The notes: generated by a model from the sequence alone, not told the origin. A stretch of 62,712 nt of DNA, filler included, from Candidatus Babelota bacterium (GCA_017999075.1; 14 parts of 14 records of this genome joined end to end with filler, not necessarily neighbours in it), one strand, 5' to 3'. Positions 1 to 10,839 are shown, counted from the whole stretch's first letter. Made by a program: numbers and translations.

Positions 1-148
1 ACGGGATGGCGCCTGTTGTTTTTGCCGCATCTGAAATAATACTCTTCGGCATAAAAATAAATTCAGCCTCAGAATCTATAAATCGCTTGATAAGCCATGG
101 ACATGCTACACGATCTACGTGGACATGTGAACGAGTTATCCATTTCAT
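1..148 (-). CDS. Chromate resistance ChrB-domain protein (ChrB C-terminal/ChrF-like), 5' part only, cut by the window edge
   Basis: Hand translation from ATG at 148: MKWITRSHVHVDRVACPWLIKRFIDSEAEFIFMP, matching the W-x-TR-x4-DR-x-AC-x-WLI-x-RFID ChrB signature. GGAG RBS upstream. Absent from the ORF track. Confidence 0.85.
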   Translation of the reverse strand, partial: MKWITRSHVHVDRVACPWLIKRFIDSEAEFIFMPKSIISDAAKTTGAIP

Positions 149-402
149 AATATTTCTCCGCTTAATTTATTTTTTAACATATCAAAATTATTATCCATAT
201 TAAAATTCACAAATTTATTATTTTTACATTTCACAGGCTAAATATTTAAATCTTGACCTTTCTACATTTATGTGTTTTACAATTCAAACCTAAATTTATT
301 TTTAATTAATCAGATACGATAAAAATTATACTCTTAAAGAAATTTTAGAAAAAGCAGAATGAATTATCTATTGATTATGATCTGCAATAGGAGCGGTTTG
401 GA

Positions 403-1635
403 ATGAAAATTAAAATGACATATATTTGCATATCAATTTCAGCAATATTTATTATTCTCTTATCCTGTACACCAACACAAACAACAACGGTTATTAAAAC
501 TGAAATAAAGCAATCCGGCGAGGCACATTCTTCAGATAAATCTGTTCTTCTTTCTACTCAAAATGATTCTCAATCTGAAAAAACAAAATCTGAACCTTCA
601 GGGGCAGTGTCAGATGATCTTTCGGCTTTGCTTGCAGGCAAATCCGGAAAAGAACTCCTGAATGCTCTTATGTCTTTATATGAAAAATCCCAGGATGAAA
701 AAATAAAACGTGAAATTGAAAGAAAATATGAAGAGACACTTATAAAATATTTTGCAGACGAAATCTGCAAAGATGAAATGCTTAATAAAATTCCTGCCCC
801 AAAAGTTCTGGCTATTTCAGGCTTTCGTGATAATGAAGGGAAAAAATCAACCGAAGGTATAAGCTGGGCAAACCGTCTTGCGATTGAAATAGCAAATAGA
901 AATAAAATTAAACTCGTAGACAGGGAAAATGTTGATAAAATTATTGATTTAAAAAACTTTGAGTTAAGTGATTCGGCAAATATCTCAGAACTTGCAAAGA
1001 TGGTTAATTCATCAGCGATACTTATGGGCAATCTCAGCAGCACAGTTGAAATATCAATAGTTTCACTTGACGGACAGATTATTGGCGGGACTTATGAGAA
1101 CAGGCTGACTTATCCTAAAGATAATAACATTGCAAATTACATATCAGCAGAACTTAAAACAGACAGTAATCCTTTCGGACTTAATATTAAAACAGATAAA
1201 AATCATTATAATGTCGGAGACAGTGTAATATTTTTCTGTGAGGCTGCAGAAAATTGTTATGTTACATTATTTGCGATTCAGAGAGATAATTCCCTTTCTC
1301 AGCTTTATCCGAATTACTTATCTGATTCAGGGTTTCTGGAAAAGGGGAAAAAACTTCAGATACCGGCGCAAGATGCAAAGTTCAGTATAACAGCAGAACC
1401 TCCTGCGGGTAAACAGAAAGTTTTTGCAATTGCCACAGAAAAGCCGGGTAATGCCTCTCCGTTTTTTTATAATAAGACAAGAGATATAAATCCGCAGGTT
1501 GCATTCCGCTCACTGAATAATCCCGAGACAATTTATCAGCGTACAAGAGATTTGAAAATTACATTAAATGAAAATGCCGTTAAAGATTCCAACAAATGGA
1601 CTCAAGTAAATTTTGAGTTTAATATAGAGAAATAA
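403..1635 (+). CDS. Lipoprotein with a central CsgG/FlgO-like domain and a C-terminal DUF4384-like domain
   Basis: Lipobox ILLSC; KLVDRENVDKII...AILMG resembles CsgG/FlgO; TDKNHYNVGDSV...CYVTLF...QLYPN...IP...EPPAG...AIAT resembles DUF4384; AGGAG RBS. Confidence 0.7.
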   Translation: MKIKMTYICISISAIFIILLSCTPTQTTTVIKTEIKQSGEAHSSDKSVLLSTQNDSQSEKTKSEPSGAVSDDLSALLAGKSGKELLNALMSLYEKSQDEKIKREIERKYEETLIKYFADEICKDEMLNKIPAPKVLAISGFRDNEGKKSTEGISWANRLAIEIANRNKIKLVDRENVDKIIDLKNFELSDSANISELAKMVNSSAILMGNLSSTVEISIVSLDGQIIGGTYENRLTYPKDNNIANYISAELKTDSNPFGLNIKTDKNHYNVGDSVIFFCEAAENCYVTLFAIQRDNSLSQLYPNYLSDSGFLEKGKKLQIPAQDAKFSITAEPPAGKQKVFAIATEKPGNASPFFYNKTRDINPQVAFRSLNNPETIYQRTRDLKITLNENAVKDSNKWTQVNFEFNIEK

Positions 1636-1669
1636 AAGTTTTTACAATTCTAACAATTTTCAAGAGGGG

Positions 1670-3516
1670 ATGATAAAAAGTATGAAAAATATTAAGCTGC
1701 ATTACCAGAATGTACTAATATTCATAACTATTTTATTATCAGCTAATTTATCCTTTGCTTCATCAAGCAAGTTAGATTCAGAAAATATAAAAATCAATTT
1801 AATGCCATTTTATAAATATAAAGAGGACAGCTCATCTTCAACAAAAGAAATTCAAATTCTATATCCGTTCTTTAAACAAAAAACAGAAGGAAAAGATCTA
1901 AAAATATTCAGAATTTGGCCTCTGCTTAATAAAAATGACAAAATAATAGATGAGTTTCTTGATGTATTCACATTAGCCTCTATTTTATTTGTGCATGGAG
2001 ATTCTCAAAAAATATTTAGTATCGGACTACCTTATTTGCTCAGTTATAAAAAAGGAGATTCATACTTATATTTATTCCAAGATGCCAAGACATTCAGCTT
2101 ATTTACACTTCCGATATTCGGATTTAGAAAAAACTCAGAAAAAACAGAATTTAATTTTTTAAATTTATATCATTTACCGGAAACGGTAGGTACCGGCGTG
2201 TTTCCCATTTTTGGATATAAGGATGAATTGAAATATCTGGCATTTCCTTTTGTCTGGTTTAGTTGGGGTGACAAAAATGATGACAAAAGATTCATTCTAT
2301 TTCCAATTATCTGGTTTAATTATTTCAAACGCTTAGAGCACTTTGTATTTTTTCCTTTTGTGGGTATTTTTCCACACTCATTTGATTATGATAAATCCGG
2401 ATTTGCATTATTTCCTTTTGTATGGTGGGCTTTTGATAAAAAAACAGGTTCGGGGGATGACAGAGATTATTATTTCCATGCATTTCCTTTCTATGGCAGT
2501 TGGAGAGGTTTTTCAGGGAAACAGCAGGGATACATTTTATATCCTTTTATATGGTGGAATAAACATCATGATGAAAGTTTTTCTTTATTCATTCCTTTTT
2601 ATATGCAAAAAAAAGATAAAAACATTACCAAGATATTTTCATCAGTGCCCCCGGCTTATATGTATGATGAAAAATTGAACGATGGGTCTAAATTCTTATC
2701 TTATAAATATATCTTCCCGTCTATATGGACAGAAAAAAATTACAGGAGAGATTACAAAACTTTTCATTTTATTCCTTTCTTTGGCAAATGGCAAAAAAAA
2801 GATTATAGTGGCTGGTATTTTTTATTCCCTATGTTATACTCAAATAGTATTGTGTCTCCGGAGGGAATAGTTAAATTTACAACTAAATGTTATTTATCTC
2901 TGTTATGGTATAATAAAGACCATATAGATAATAAAGGTTATTTACATTTAATCCCGTTTTTCGGATATTGGAAGAAACAGAATGAGTATTTCGGGGGTTA
3001 TTCTTTATTCCCATTATGTTGGTGGCAAAAAAATTATGTTTCTAAAAAAAGTTTTTTATATCTGCTTCCCTTTTTTGGAGAATGGAAAGAAAAAGGCAAA
3101 TATAAGAGCAGGTTCTTAACAATCCCACCGGTTTATTATAAAGACGAATACTCCAGTAATACTATAATAGCTAAAACAAGATATATTTTCCCGAATATTT
3201 TATGGCAGAATAATAAGGAAGACGGAAAAAAACAACTGCATATTTTTCCATTATACGGCTCATCTCATATAGACAAGGAATATGGGTATAAATATTTTTT
3301 ATTCCCAATTATGTGGATGATAAATGAATATAAAAACAATAATGATATTATGTTAAAAAGGTTCTTGTTTATACCAATACTTTTTACAAAAAAGAACTAT
3401 ATTGATAATACTTATTATAATCATATATTTCCTCTGTTCGGTAATTGGGGAAAACAAATAAAAACTATATATCATATATATTATTTCCTTTATTCTGGTT
3501 TGGGGAAAATAATATA
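1670..3516 (+). CDS. Exported hypothetical protein with aromatic FP/PF repeats, 3' truncated at the contig end
   Basis: Signal-peptide-like N-terminus followed by many recurring HxxP(F/L)(F/Y)G and LFP-x-x-W units. Confidence 0.7.
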
Positions 3517-3616
3517 NNNNNNNNNNNNNNNNNNNNNNNNNNNNNNNNNNNNNNNNNNNNTTAATTAATTAANNNNNNNNNNNNNNNNNNNNNNNNNNNN
3601 NNNNNNNNNNNNNNNN
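3517..3616. other. Artificial contig linker
   Basis: N44-TTAATTAATTAA-N44, with stops in all six frames. Confidence 0.98.
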
Positions 3617-4177
3617 CAAACAGTTCCATGCTTTTATGCAATTTTTTAAAATAAGAATGCAGTTTTTGTTTTTAATTATTATTATTATCAAAATAAAATT
3701 ATAATTTCATTAAAATTTGATTAATTTTTTTTTATCAAGTTATAATTAAATTTTAATTTTTTTTTAATTTAATTTTAATGTTGTAATTGTAATGTTATAT
3801 TGTGGCTTCTCCCGAAATCTCCCGAAAAAGTTATAACTATGCATCGTTTTTTTTATCTGAATTTTAACAACAGTTTAGCTATTGGAAGAAATAGTAAATA
3901 ATTAAAATTAAGTATAAAACACTATAACCAGAATATCATGAAATATCTTGGTTAGAATTTTGCAAGGACTGTATATTAAAAAGATTATCATATTTTAAGC
4001 AGAATGCTTGTTAAAGACAAAATTGTAAGCCTCACATTATTTGGTTTTGACAGGGGCGAGGGAATTATCTTTTATTTTTCAATATGCGACGTTACATTAA
4101 AAAAAATATGATATCTAATTGTAATATAAAAACTGTGCGCATTATAATATTATGTCAGGTCATTTTTATCACTGATA

Positions 4178-4498
4178 TTATTTTGGGGCATTTTGATTAT
4201 ATATTTTATTCAGCCAGATTTGCGCTGCCATTTGAACATGGTCCCAGGGACTGCTTAACGGCCGTGTATAGCTTAAATCCATCTGTATAAAAGTTTCAAC
4301 AGTTTTTTCGGAATGAATAGCTGACGCAACTATATCTATTCGTTTTGAAATTTCAGCGTTTATGTCTCCTAAAATTTGACATCCTAATATTTTATTTGAA
4401 ATGAATGTAAAATCTGAATTTTTATCAAGTTCGCGAATGCGTAAACCCGCGATAATCCCTACATCGCTTCCGCCAATAATTACTGTTTTATTTTTCAT
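4178..4498 (-). pseudogene. Internally deleted FAD-dependent CoA-disulfide reductase/NADH oxidase family gene
   Basis: The N-terminal FAD-binding start VIIGGSDVGIIAGLRIRELD is fused in frame to the C-terminal dimerisation segment KILGCQILG...KRIDIVA...DLSYTRPLSSPWD. Only 106 aa against about 450 for the family. Confidence 0.75.
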
Positions 4499-4562
4499 TT
4501 TTTTATAAATTATTTATCATTATCGCTTGTTTTTAAGTATCTGCTTCATCATTTGTTTTTTA

Positions 4563-5369
4563 TTATAATTTTTCTGCCGTAATCGTTACGCTTAGAACAG
4601 CATCAGTTAAATTAGAATAGTCGTTTTTTTTAAAGTCGTTTTTTAAAATTGATTTTAATTCTTTTTCACCGAGCGGAATGTTTTTTCTTTTAGGAATATT
4701 AGTGTTTTTAAATCCTTGACTTTTAATTATATAAATATATTCATCTAAAAGTATTGCACCCGAAATACAGCCTGTATATAACTCTGCCGCTTTCTTAATT
4801 TTCAGCGGTAATTTTTTTGTCAATACAACATCTGAAATGCAGAAATGTCCCCCTTTTTTTAGAACACGATAAATTTCGCTGAACGCTTTTTTTTTGTCCG
4901 GAACTAAATTTAAAACGCAATTGCTTACAATAACATCAGCAGTATTATTTTCTAAAGGAAGATTTTCAATATCTCCAAGTTTGAATTCGACATTTGAAAA
5001 ATTATATTTCTTAGCGTTTTTCAATGCTTTCTTAACCATTTCTTCTGTCATATCAATACCTATTACTTTACCTGATTTGCCTACAATTTTTGAACAGATA
5101 AATGCATCATTTCCTGCGCCTGAACCTAAATCAACGACAGTATCGCCTTTTTTAATATTTGCGAACTTAGTTGGCAGACCGCAACCCAGACCAAAATCAG
5201 CGTCTTTTACATACCCGTCAAGGCCGGTATAATTATCGCTGAAATTTGATATTTCTCCTTCCGCAGAACAGCAGCCACTGCCGCAGCAGCAAGATGTTGA
5301 TGTTTTTTTTGATACTATTGCGCCATATTTTTTTTGCACAATTTTTTTTATCTTAGTATTTGAATTCAT
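4563..5369 (-). CDS. arsM: Arsenite S-adenosylmethionine methyltransferase
   Basis: N-terminal Cys cluster SCCCGSGCC, FGLGCGLP, SAM motif VDLGSGAG, SNCVLNL, GCISGA. Confidence 0.92.
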   Translation of the reverse strand: MNSNTKIKKIVQKKYGAIVSKKTSTSCCCGSGCCSAEGEISNFSDNYTGLDGYVKDADFGLGCGLPTKFANIKKGDTVVDLGSGAGNDAFICSKIVGKSGKVIGIDMTEEMVKKALKNAKKYNFSNVEFKLGDIENLPLENNTADVIVSNCVLNLVPDKKKAFSEIYRVLKKGGHFCISDVVLTKKLPLKIKKAAELYTGCISGAILLDEYIYIIKSQGFKNTNIPKRKNIPLGEKELKSILKNDFKKNDYSNLTDAVLSVTITAEKL

Positions 5370-5383
5370 AATAATTTCCGCTT

Positions 5384-6343
5384 TTAAGTTAAAATTGTTT
5401 GTAAAATATTAAACAAATATCCTATTAAAATTATTGAAACTGTCGTTATTCCGAAAAAAACTAAAATTAATCTAAGTTTCATTGCACGTCTAAGCATAAC
5501 AGCTTCAGGTAAACTTAAAGCGGCTATAGCCATCATAAACGCAAGCGCGGTTCCTAAAGGAACTCCTTTATTGAATAAGACAACAGCTATCGGAACTATT
5601 GCAGCGCAGCTGCCATACATAGGAACACCGATAAGTGTAGCTATAGGAACAGAAAATATACCTGCTTTACCAATTATATTCTGAATTGATTCTTGTGGAA
5701 CATAATTGTGAATACCTGCGCCAATCCCCACCCCGATTACCACCCAAACCCATACTTTTTTTATTATTGATACGGATTCATCAAAACCAAATTTTATTCT
5801 GCTTTTAAATGTTAAAAATTTAACCAAAGCATTTTCAGTGTTAAGACCGCCGACTAAATCTTTTTCTAAATGTATATCCAAATTCATTTTACCCAAAATG
5901 ATTCCTGATACTACGCCGATAGTCATTCCGCTTATTACATATAATACAGTTATTTTCCAGCCGAAAAATCCATACATCAACACAACGAGATATTCATTGA
6001 TTAAAGGCGATGTAATTAAAAAGGAAAATGCCGTTCCAAGCGGAACACCAGCCTCCATAAAACCAATAAATATCGGTATTGATGAGCAAGAACAAAATGG
6101 AGTGATTGCGCCAAAGAGTGAAGCGAAAAAATTTCCAATTCCAATTTTTTTATTCATCCATTTTCTGATTGTTTCTTGCGGCAGGTAAGTGCGGATAAAG
6201 CCTATTATCCAAATTAAAGCAAAAAGCAATAATAATATTTTTATTGTATCATAAATAAAAAAACTTAACGCAACGCCTAATTTGGAAGCAGCAGAAAATC
6301 TGAAAATTTCAAATACCAGCCAATCAGCTAATTTTAGCAGCAT
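5384..6343 (-). CDS. arsP: ArsP/DUF318 family permease
   Basis: [10 protein letters not shown] motif, [16 protein letters not shown], multiple TM segments; directly upstream of arsM. Confidence 0.85.
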   Translation of the reverse strand: MLLKLADWLVFEIFRFSAASKLGVALSFFIYDTIKILLLLFALIWIIGFIRTYLPQETIRKWMNKKIGIGNFFASLFGAITPFCSCSSIPIFIGFMEAGVPLGTAFSFLITSPLINEYLVVLMYGFFGWKITVLYVISGMTIGVVSGIILGKMNLDIHLEKDLVGGLNTENALVKFLTFKSRIKFGFDESVSIIKKVWVWVVIGVGIGAGIHNYVPQESIQNIIGKAGIFSVPIATLIGVPMYGSCAAIVPIAVVLFNKGVPLGTALAFMMAIAALSLPEAVMLRRAMKLRLILVFFGITTVSIILIGYLFNILQTILT

Positions 6344-6489
6344 GATTTTTTATTGTCCTTGTCTTTACTGCAGCAGCAGCAGGATTGCAGTTTAGATTTT
6401 TCTTCAAGTTTTTTATCAAATTTATCAATTATTTTTGATAAAAAACCTTTTTTCTCTTTTGATTCTTTCTCCTGATTCTTTTCTGACAT
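6334..6489 (-). CDS. Small 51-aa Cys-rich protein, putative metal(loid)-binding
   Basis: Hand translation [59 protein letters not shown] at 6498-6502; the 3' end overlaps the arsP start codon. Confidence 0.75.
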   Translation of the reverse strand: MSEKNQEKESKEKKGFLSKIIDKFDKKLEEKSKLQSCCCCSKDKDNKKSCC

Positions 6490-6530
6490 AATAAAAACCT
6501 CCAAAATATTTTTTTTAAAATATTTTCTTT

Positions 6531-7125
6531 ACGGTATTATTCGGTATCTTCGGTGGTTACATTATTTTACCACCGAATTCACCGAATCTCACCGAATTAT
6601 TTATTACCTTTAAACTGACAACTGATAACAGATAACCGGCTACTAAAAACTTATTTATCTGCCGTAATCGTTACGCCTTAATACAGCATCATTTAAATTC
6701 AAAGACACTAAGTTTTTTTAGTTGTATTTTTCTTTTCGAACCTTCGCGGCTTCGTGCCTTCGTGGCTAATTTTTTTTCACGAACGAACACGATCCAACAC
6801 AAATTTATTAAATTCTCAATTGTCCCTTTGTCTGTAAAAATTTTCATCTTGTTAAATCCTGTTATCCTGTCTTTTTTTTGGTTGCGGCTTTGCTGCTCTA
6901 AGTATTAGGTGGTTAAATTTTTTTTTCCACCGAGTGAGTTCACTGAAGCGCGCCGAATTAATTATTAAGTGTTTTATACTTTTCACTTAACATCTATAAA
7001 CCGATAACAGGCAACCGTCAACCGATAACTGTATCGTCATTTATTTTTTAAACCAATGTTGCGTATTATTCGCAATCTTTACAAGAATCAGCATAACAGG
7101 CACTTCGACAAGCACTCCGACCACA
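6531..7125. repeat. Mosaic of short degenerate tandem and inverted repeats
   Basis: TTCGGTGGT(6549-6557)/ACCACCGAA(6569-6577) stem with CACCGAA x3; 7-nt AACTGAC-AACTGAT-AACAGAT-AACCGGC; 8-nt CTTCGCGG-CTTCGTGC-CTTCGTGG; ATC(C/T)TGT x3; a second GGTGGTTA..CCACCGA and AACCGAT-type 7-mers near 6907-7031. Confidence 0.7.
6651..6699 (-). pseudogene. Relic of the 3' end of a second arsM copy
   Basis: 6658-6676 is identical to arsM 4573-4591 (19 nt), followed by a 1-nt insertion and 19/22 further matches. It reads NLNDAVL/(shift)/VTITADK* against NLTDAVLSVTITAEKL*. Confidence 0.75.
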
Positions 7126-7132
7126 GTAGCTA

Positions 7133-7232
7133 NNNNNNNNNNNNNNNNNNNNNNNNNNNNNNNNNNNNNNNNNNNNTTAATTAATTAANNNNNNNNNNNN
7201 NNNNNNNNNNNNNNNNNNNNNNNNNNNNNNNN
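7133..7232. other. Artificial contig linker
   Basis: N44-TTAATTAATTAA-N44. Confidence 0.98.
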
Positions 7233-9211
7233 GAATTATCCTGCTTATTTTCTTGGTTATATAAAGGAATTCCAATTTCTGCGAATATTTTATTTTTATC
7301 ATTATCATATAAATAATTATAGTTACCAGCAGAATTAAAATCAGATCCTATATGCTCAATTTTAAAATTATATTCTATTTTATCCTGTTTCCAAAAAGAC
7401 AATAATGAAGCAAAATCATTTTTGATATCATTAGCATCAGAAAATAAATCATTATCATAATTTGAAAAAGTTAATTCAAAATCAAGATTATATTTATTTT
7501 TTGAAAATGACAAACTATTCTGATAAATCGTATTTTTAAGAGGTTTTACGAATTCATCATTTAAAATAATAGAATTTTCATTGTCTTTAAAAAATATCAG
7601 CGAGTGGCTTGTCTTTAAAAAATAATTCCAGTTTGCACACGTATTTATCCCATAAACCTGCTGTTCATAAATATTATTGACTGCAACTCTCTGATTCTGT
7701 TTTCTATATTTATCTCCTATATTAATTCCCTGTTCAGTATATCCTGCAAAAAATTTCAGGTCAAACTCAAACGGTTGTTTTTCATTATCAATAATTTCTC
7801 CTGAAATAATTCTACCTGGATTAGATAGTTCCCTATGGTTCAATGAATTTATAAGAGAAATCAATTTATCCTGTTTTTTCAAGGGTTTTTCCAGAATAAT
7901 TTTTTTTTCGAGTTTCAATCCCCGAAAATTTTTAGAATTAAATGAATAATCTGTTATAGAAAAACCTGTAATATCTCCTATCTGAATATCGTTATTACTT
8001 TCCTTATTCCTTATTTCAATAAGAAAATTATCGACATATGTTCCGGCCCATTTGTCAGAATTAGTTTTCAACCTAAAAAAAATATCGGTTCTGTCGCTAT
8101 TAGCCATTGTAAACAAAGTCAAATTAGAGTTACCTGAAGGTATATAATATGATATATTCTTATTATCAATTTCATTATATTGATAAGATACAGATATATT
8201 GTTGGTTATATAAAAATGAGGAATGTTTATCGATGCAGATGATAACGCTTCGGAATTCAAATTCCCTGAATTATATAAATTTACACCCCATTTATAAGAT
8301 GCTCCGATACGGTGTTCACCGTCAGCGTTTTCAAAAGGAGTATATGAATACCCTGCTGTCCATGAAACATTGTCAAATTTGAATCCGAATGTAAACCCGT
8401 CAGCAGATTCATTTCCCGGATTATATTTATATCCTGTTAAAAACCTTATATTATTTCTAAATATGAAGTCTATTCCTGCAGAATATTTAGGTTTTTCTTC
8501 TTTTTCTTTCTGATAATCAGCAGATAATATAACCGTACTAAACAATTTTCTTGATATTCCTATTTTCAAATATTCAGGCAAATCAAATTTTTCGACTTTA
8601 AACTTAGGTTTATTTCCTATCAGAATATTTTTGTATACTGCGCCTATATCAAATTCTTTGATATTAAAAAGCAATCCTGCATCAGTACTTATTGCAGATG
8701 CTGTATAAGGAAATCCGGCAAGAGGAATTCCAGAACCCAATGTCTGCTTAAAATATTTTAATGACAACCCGCCAGAAAGTTGTTCTATTATCTTTCTTGA
8801 TAACGATAATTGAACTGCAAAATCAGAATTGGTAAATTCAATATTCTGTTCAGAAAATCCTGAATAATCAGCATACACGTCGTTTATATACGAATAGATT
8901 ATTCCTGCTCCGATTTTAGTTGATGCGAACAAATTTCCGGCATATAAAAAATTTGTATATTTATTATTTCCGAAACCTTGAAAATGCATAAAATATACTT
9001 CATTATGACTAATGTCATAAAAATTTGCCGGGTTTATAAATACAGATTCCACTCCAAGCTTTCTCGATGTGGAAGCTCCTCCAATAGCTGAAGATATTAT
9101 TGAATTATCTATTCTTAAAAAATCCGCTCCAGTAGTTCCTGCAGCAGAACATTTTTCCATTCCTCCTGAAATTATTTTTATCAAAATAATTATTACAATT
9201 AATTTTCGCAT
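7233..9211 (-). CDS. PorV/PorQ (UPF0164)-like outer-membrane beta-barrel protein with a long C-terminal extension, 3' truncated
   Basis: Signal peptide then AGTTGADFLRI...AIGGA...FINPA; the barrel ends at YSYTPF...EHRIGASYKW; a further beta-rich region follows. Confidence 0.7.
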
Positions 9212-9237
9212 AAAATTTAAAATATTATGAAATAATG

Positions 9238-10739
9238 CTACTTTTGTTTAATGATACTTTTTATAAAAGAATTGAATACCGGATTTGGAGAGACTGGATT
9301 TGAATTATATTCAGGATGAAATTGGACTCCTACAAAAAAAATATGATTTTTTAATTCAATTATTTCAGGAAGATTTCCTATTTTGCTTGTGCCGCTGAAT
9401 TTCAATCCGTTTTTTTCAAATTGGGATTTGTATTTCAAATTAACTTCATACCTGTGTCTGTGCCGTTCAGTTATAATTTTTTTATGATAAATTTTCGAAA
9501 CAAAACTTTTTTCGGAAATAATGCAATCCCAATTTCCAAGACGAAGGGTTCCGCCGAGTTTACTCAAATCCTGATCCGGAAGAATATGAACAACAGGATA
9601 TTTGGTTTTGTTATCGAATTCAGTTGAGTTTGCATTCTTCATTTTCAACACGTTTCGTGCAAATTCTATAACAGCGCACTGCATTCCAAGACAGATTCCA
9701 AGAAATGGAATATTATGTTCCCTTGCATATTTTATAACATTAAGTTTTCCTTTAATACCCCTTATACCAAACCCTCCAGGAACTATAACCCCATCAATAT
9801 TCTCAAAATTTTTTACTACAAAACTTTCATCAATAAAATTTTCAGATTCTATCCATTTTATGTTCACTTTAACATTATTGTAAAAACCAGCATCCTGAAC
9901 CGCGCTTATTAAACTTTTATAAGCATCAGGCAGTTTAACATATTTTCCTGCTATCAGAATATTTATTTCTGTAGTAATGGTTTTAATTTTATCCACCATT
10001 TTTTCCCATCTGTTAAACATATCCGTTTTTATTTTAAAATTAAACTTATCTAAAACTATTTTATGCAGATTTCTTTTTTTAAAATGAACAGGCAATTCAT
10101 AAAGATTGCTCATATTATAATTTGAAATAACACATTCAGGTTTCACATTGCAGAATGATGCTATCTTCTGTTTTATGTCATTGGAAAGAATTTTTTCACT
10201 TCTAAGTATTAAAATATCGGGCTGAATCCCTATGCGCCTCAGTTCTTGAACGCTGTGCTGAGTAGGTTTTGTCTTGAATTCAAGAGAACTTTCCAGATAC
10301 GGCACCAAAGTCAAATGAATAAATATGCAGTCGCCGGCAGACTCTTGAGACATTTGGCGTATAGCTTCAAGATAAGGCTGACTTTCAATATCTCCAACAG
10401 TACCTCCGATTTCAACTATGCCTATTTCAGCTTTATTAGCATTAACTGCAAGAATTATTCTTCGTTTTATTTCATCAGTTATATGAGGAATTATCTGAAC
10501 AGTATTTCCGAGGTAATCGCCGTTTCGCTCAGCAGTTATCACGCTTTGATAAACCTGCCCAGTCGTCATATTATTTACTTTATGAGTTTTATATCCTGTA
10601 AACCTTTCATAATAACCCAAATCAAGATCTGTTTCAGCTCCGTCTTCAGTAACAAAAACCTCTCCATGCTGATAAGGGTTCATAGTGCCGGGATCAATGT
10701 TTACATAAGGATCGCATTTAATATTAGTTACTCTATATC
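9238..10739 (-). CDS. pyrG: CTP synthase, 5' truncated
   Basis: DPYVNIDPGTMNPYQHGEVFV, GGTVGDIES, KTKPTQHSV, GICLGMQ, ERHRHRYE, QFHPE. The frame stays open to the contig edge. Confidence 0.97.
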
Positions 10740-10839
10740 NNNNNNNNNNNNNNNNNNNNNNNNNNNNNNNNNNNNNNNNNNNNTTAATTAATTAANNNNN
10801 NNNNNNNNNNNNNNNNNNNNNNNNNNNNNNNNNNNNNNN
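10740..10839. other. Artificial contig linker
   Basis: N44-TTAATTAATTAA-N44. Confidence 0.98.

Noticed and set aside
6..203. 65-aa plus-strand ORF
   Set aside because: Antisense shadow of the ChrB-domain gene.
3617..4177. Long non-coding stretch with CTCCCGAAA x2 and a weak inverted repeat near 3925-3954
   Set aside because: No recognisable RNA motif; the 68-aa ORF at 4084 overlaps the pseudogene antisense and has no features.
6531..7125. CRISPR array in the ars upstream repeats
   Set aside because: Units are 7-10 nt, degenerate and lack constant-length unique spacers.
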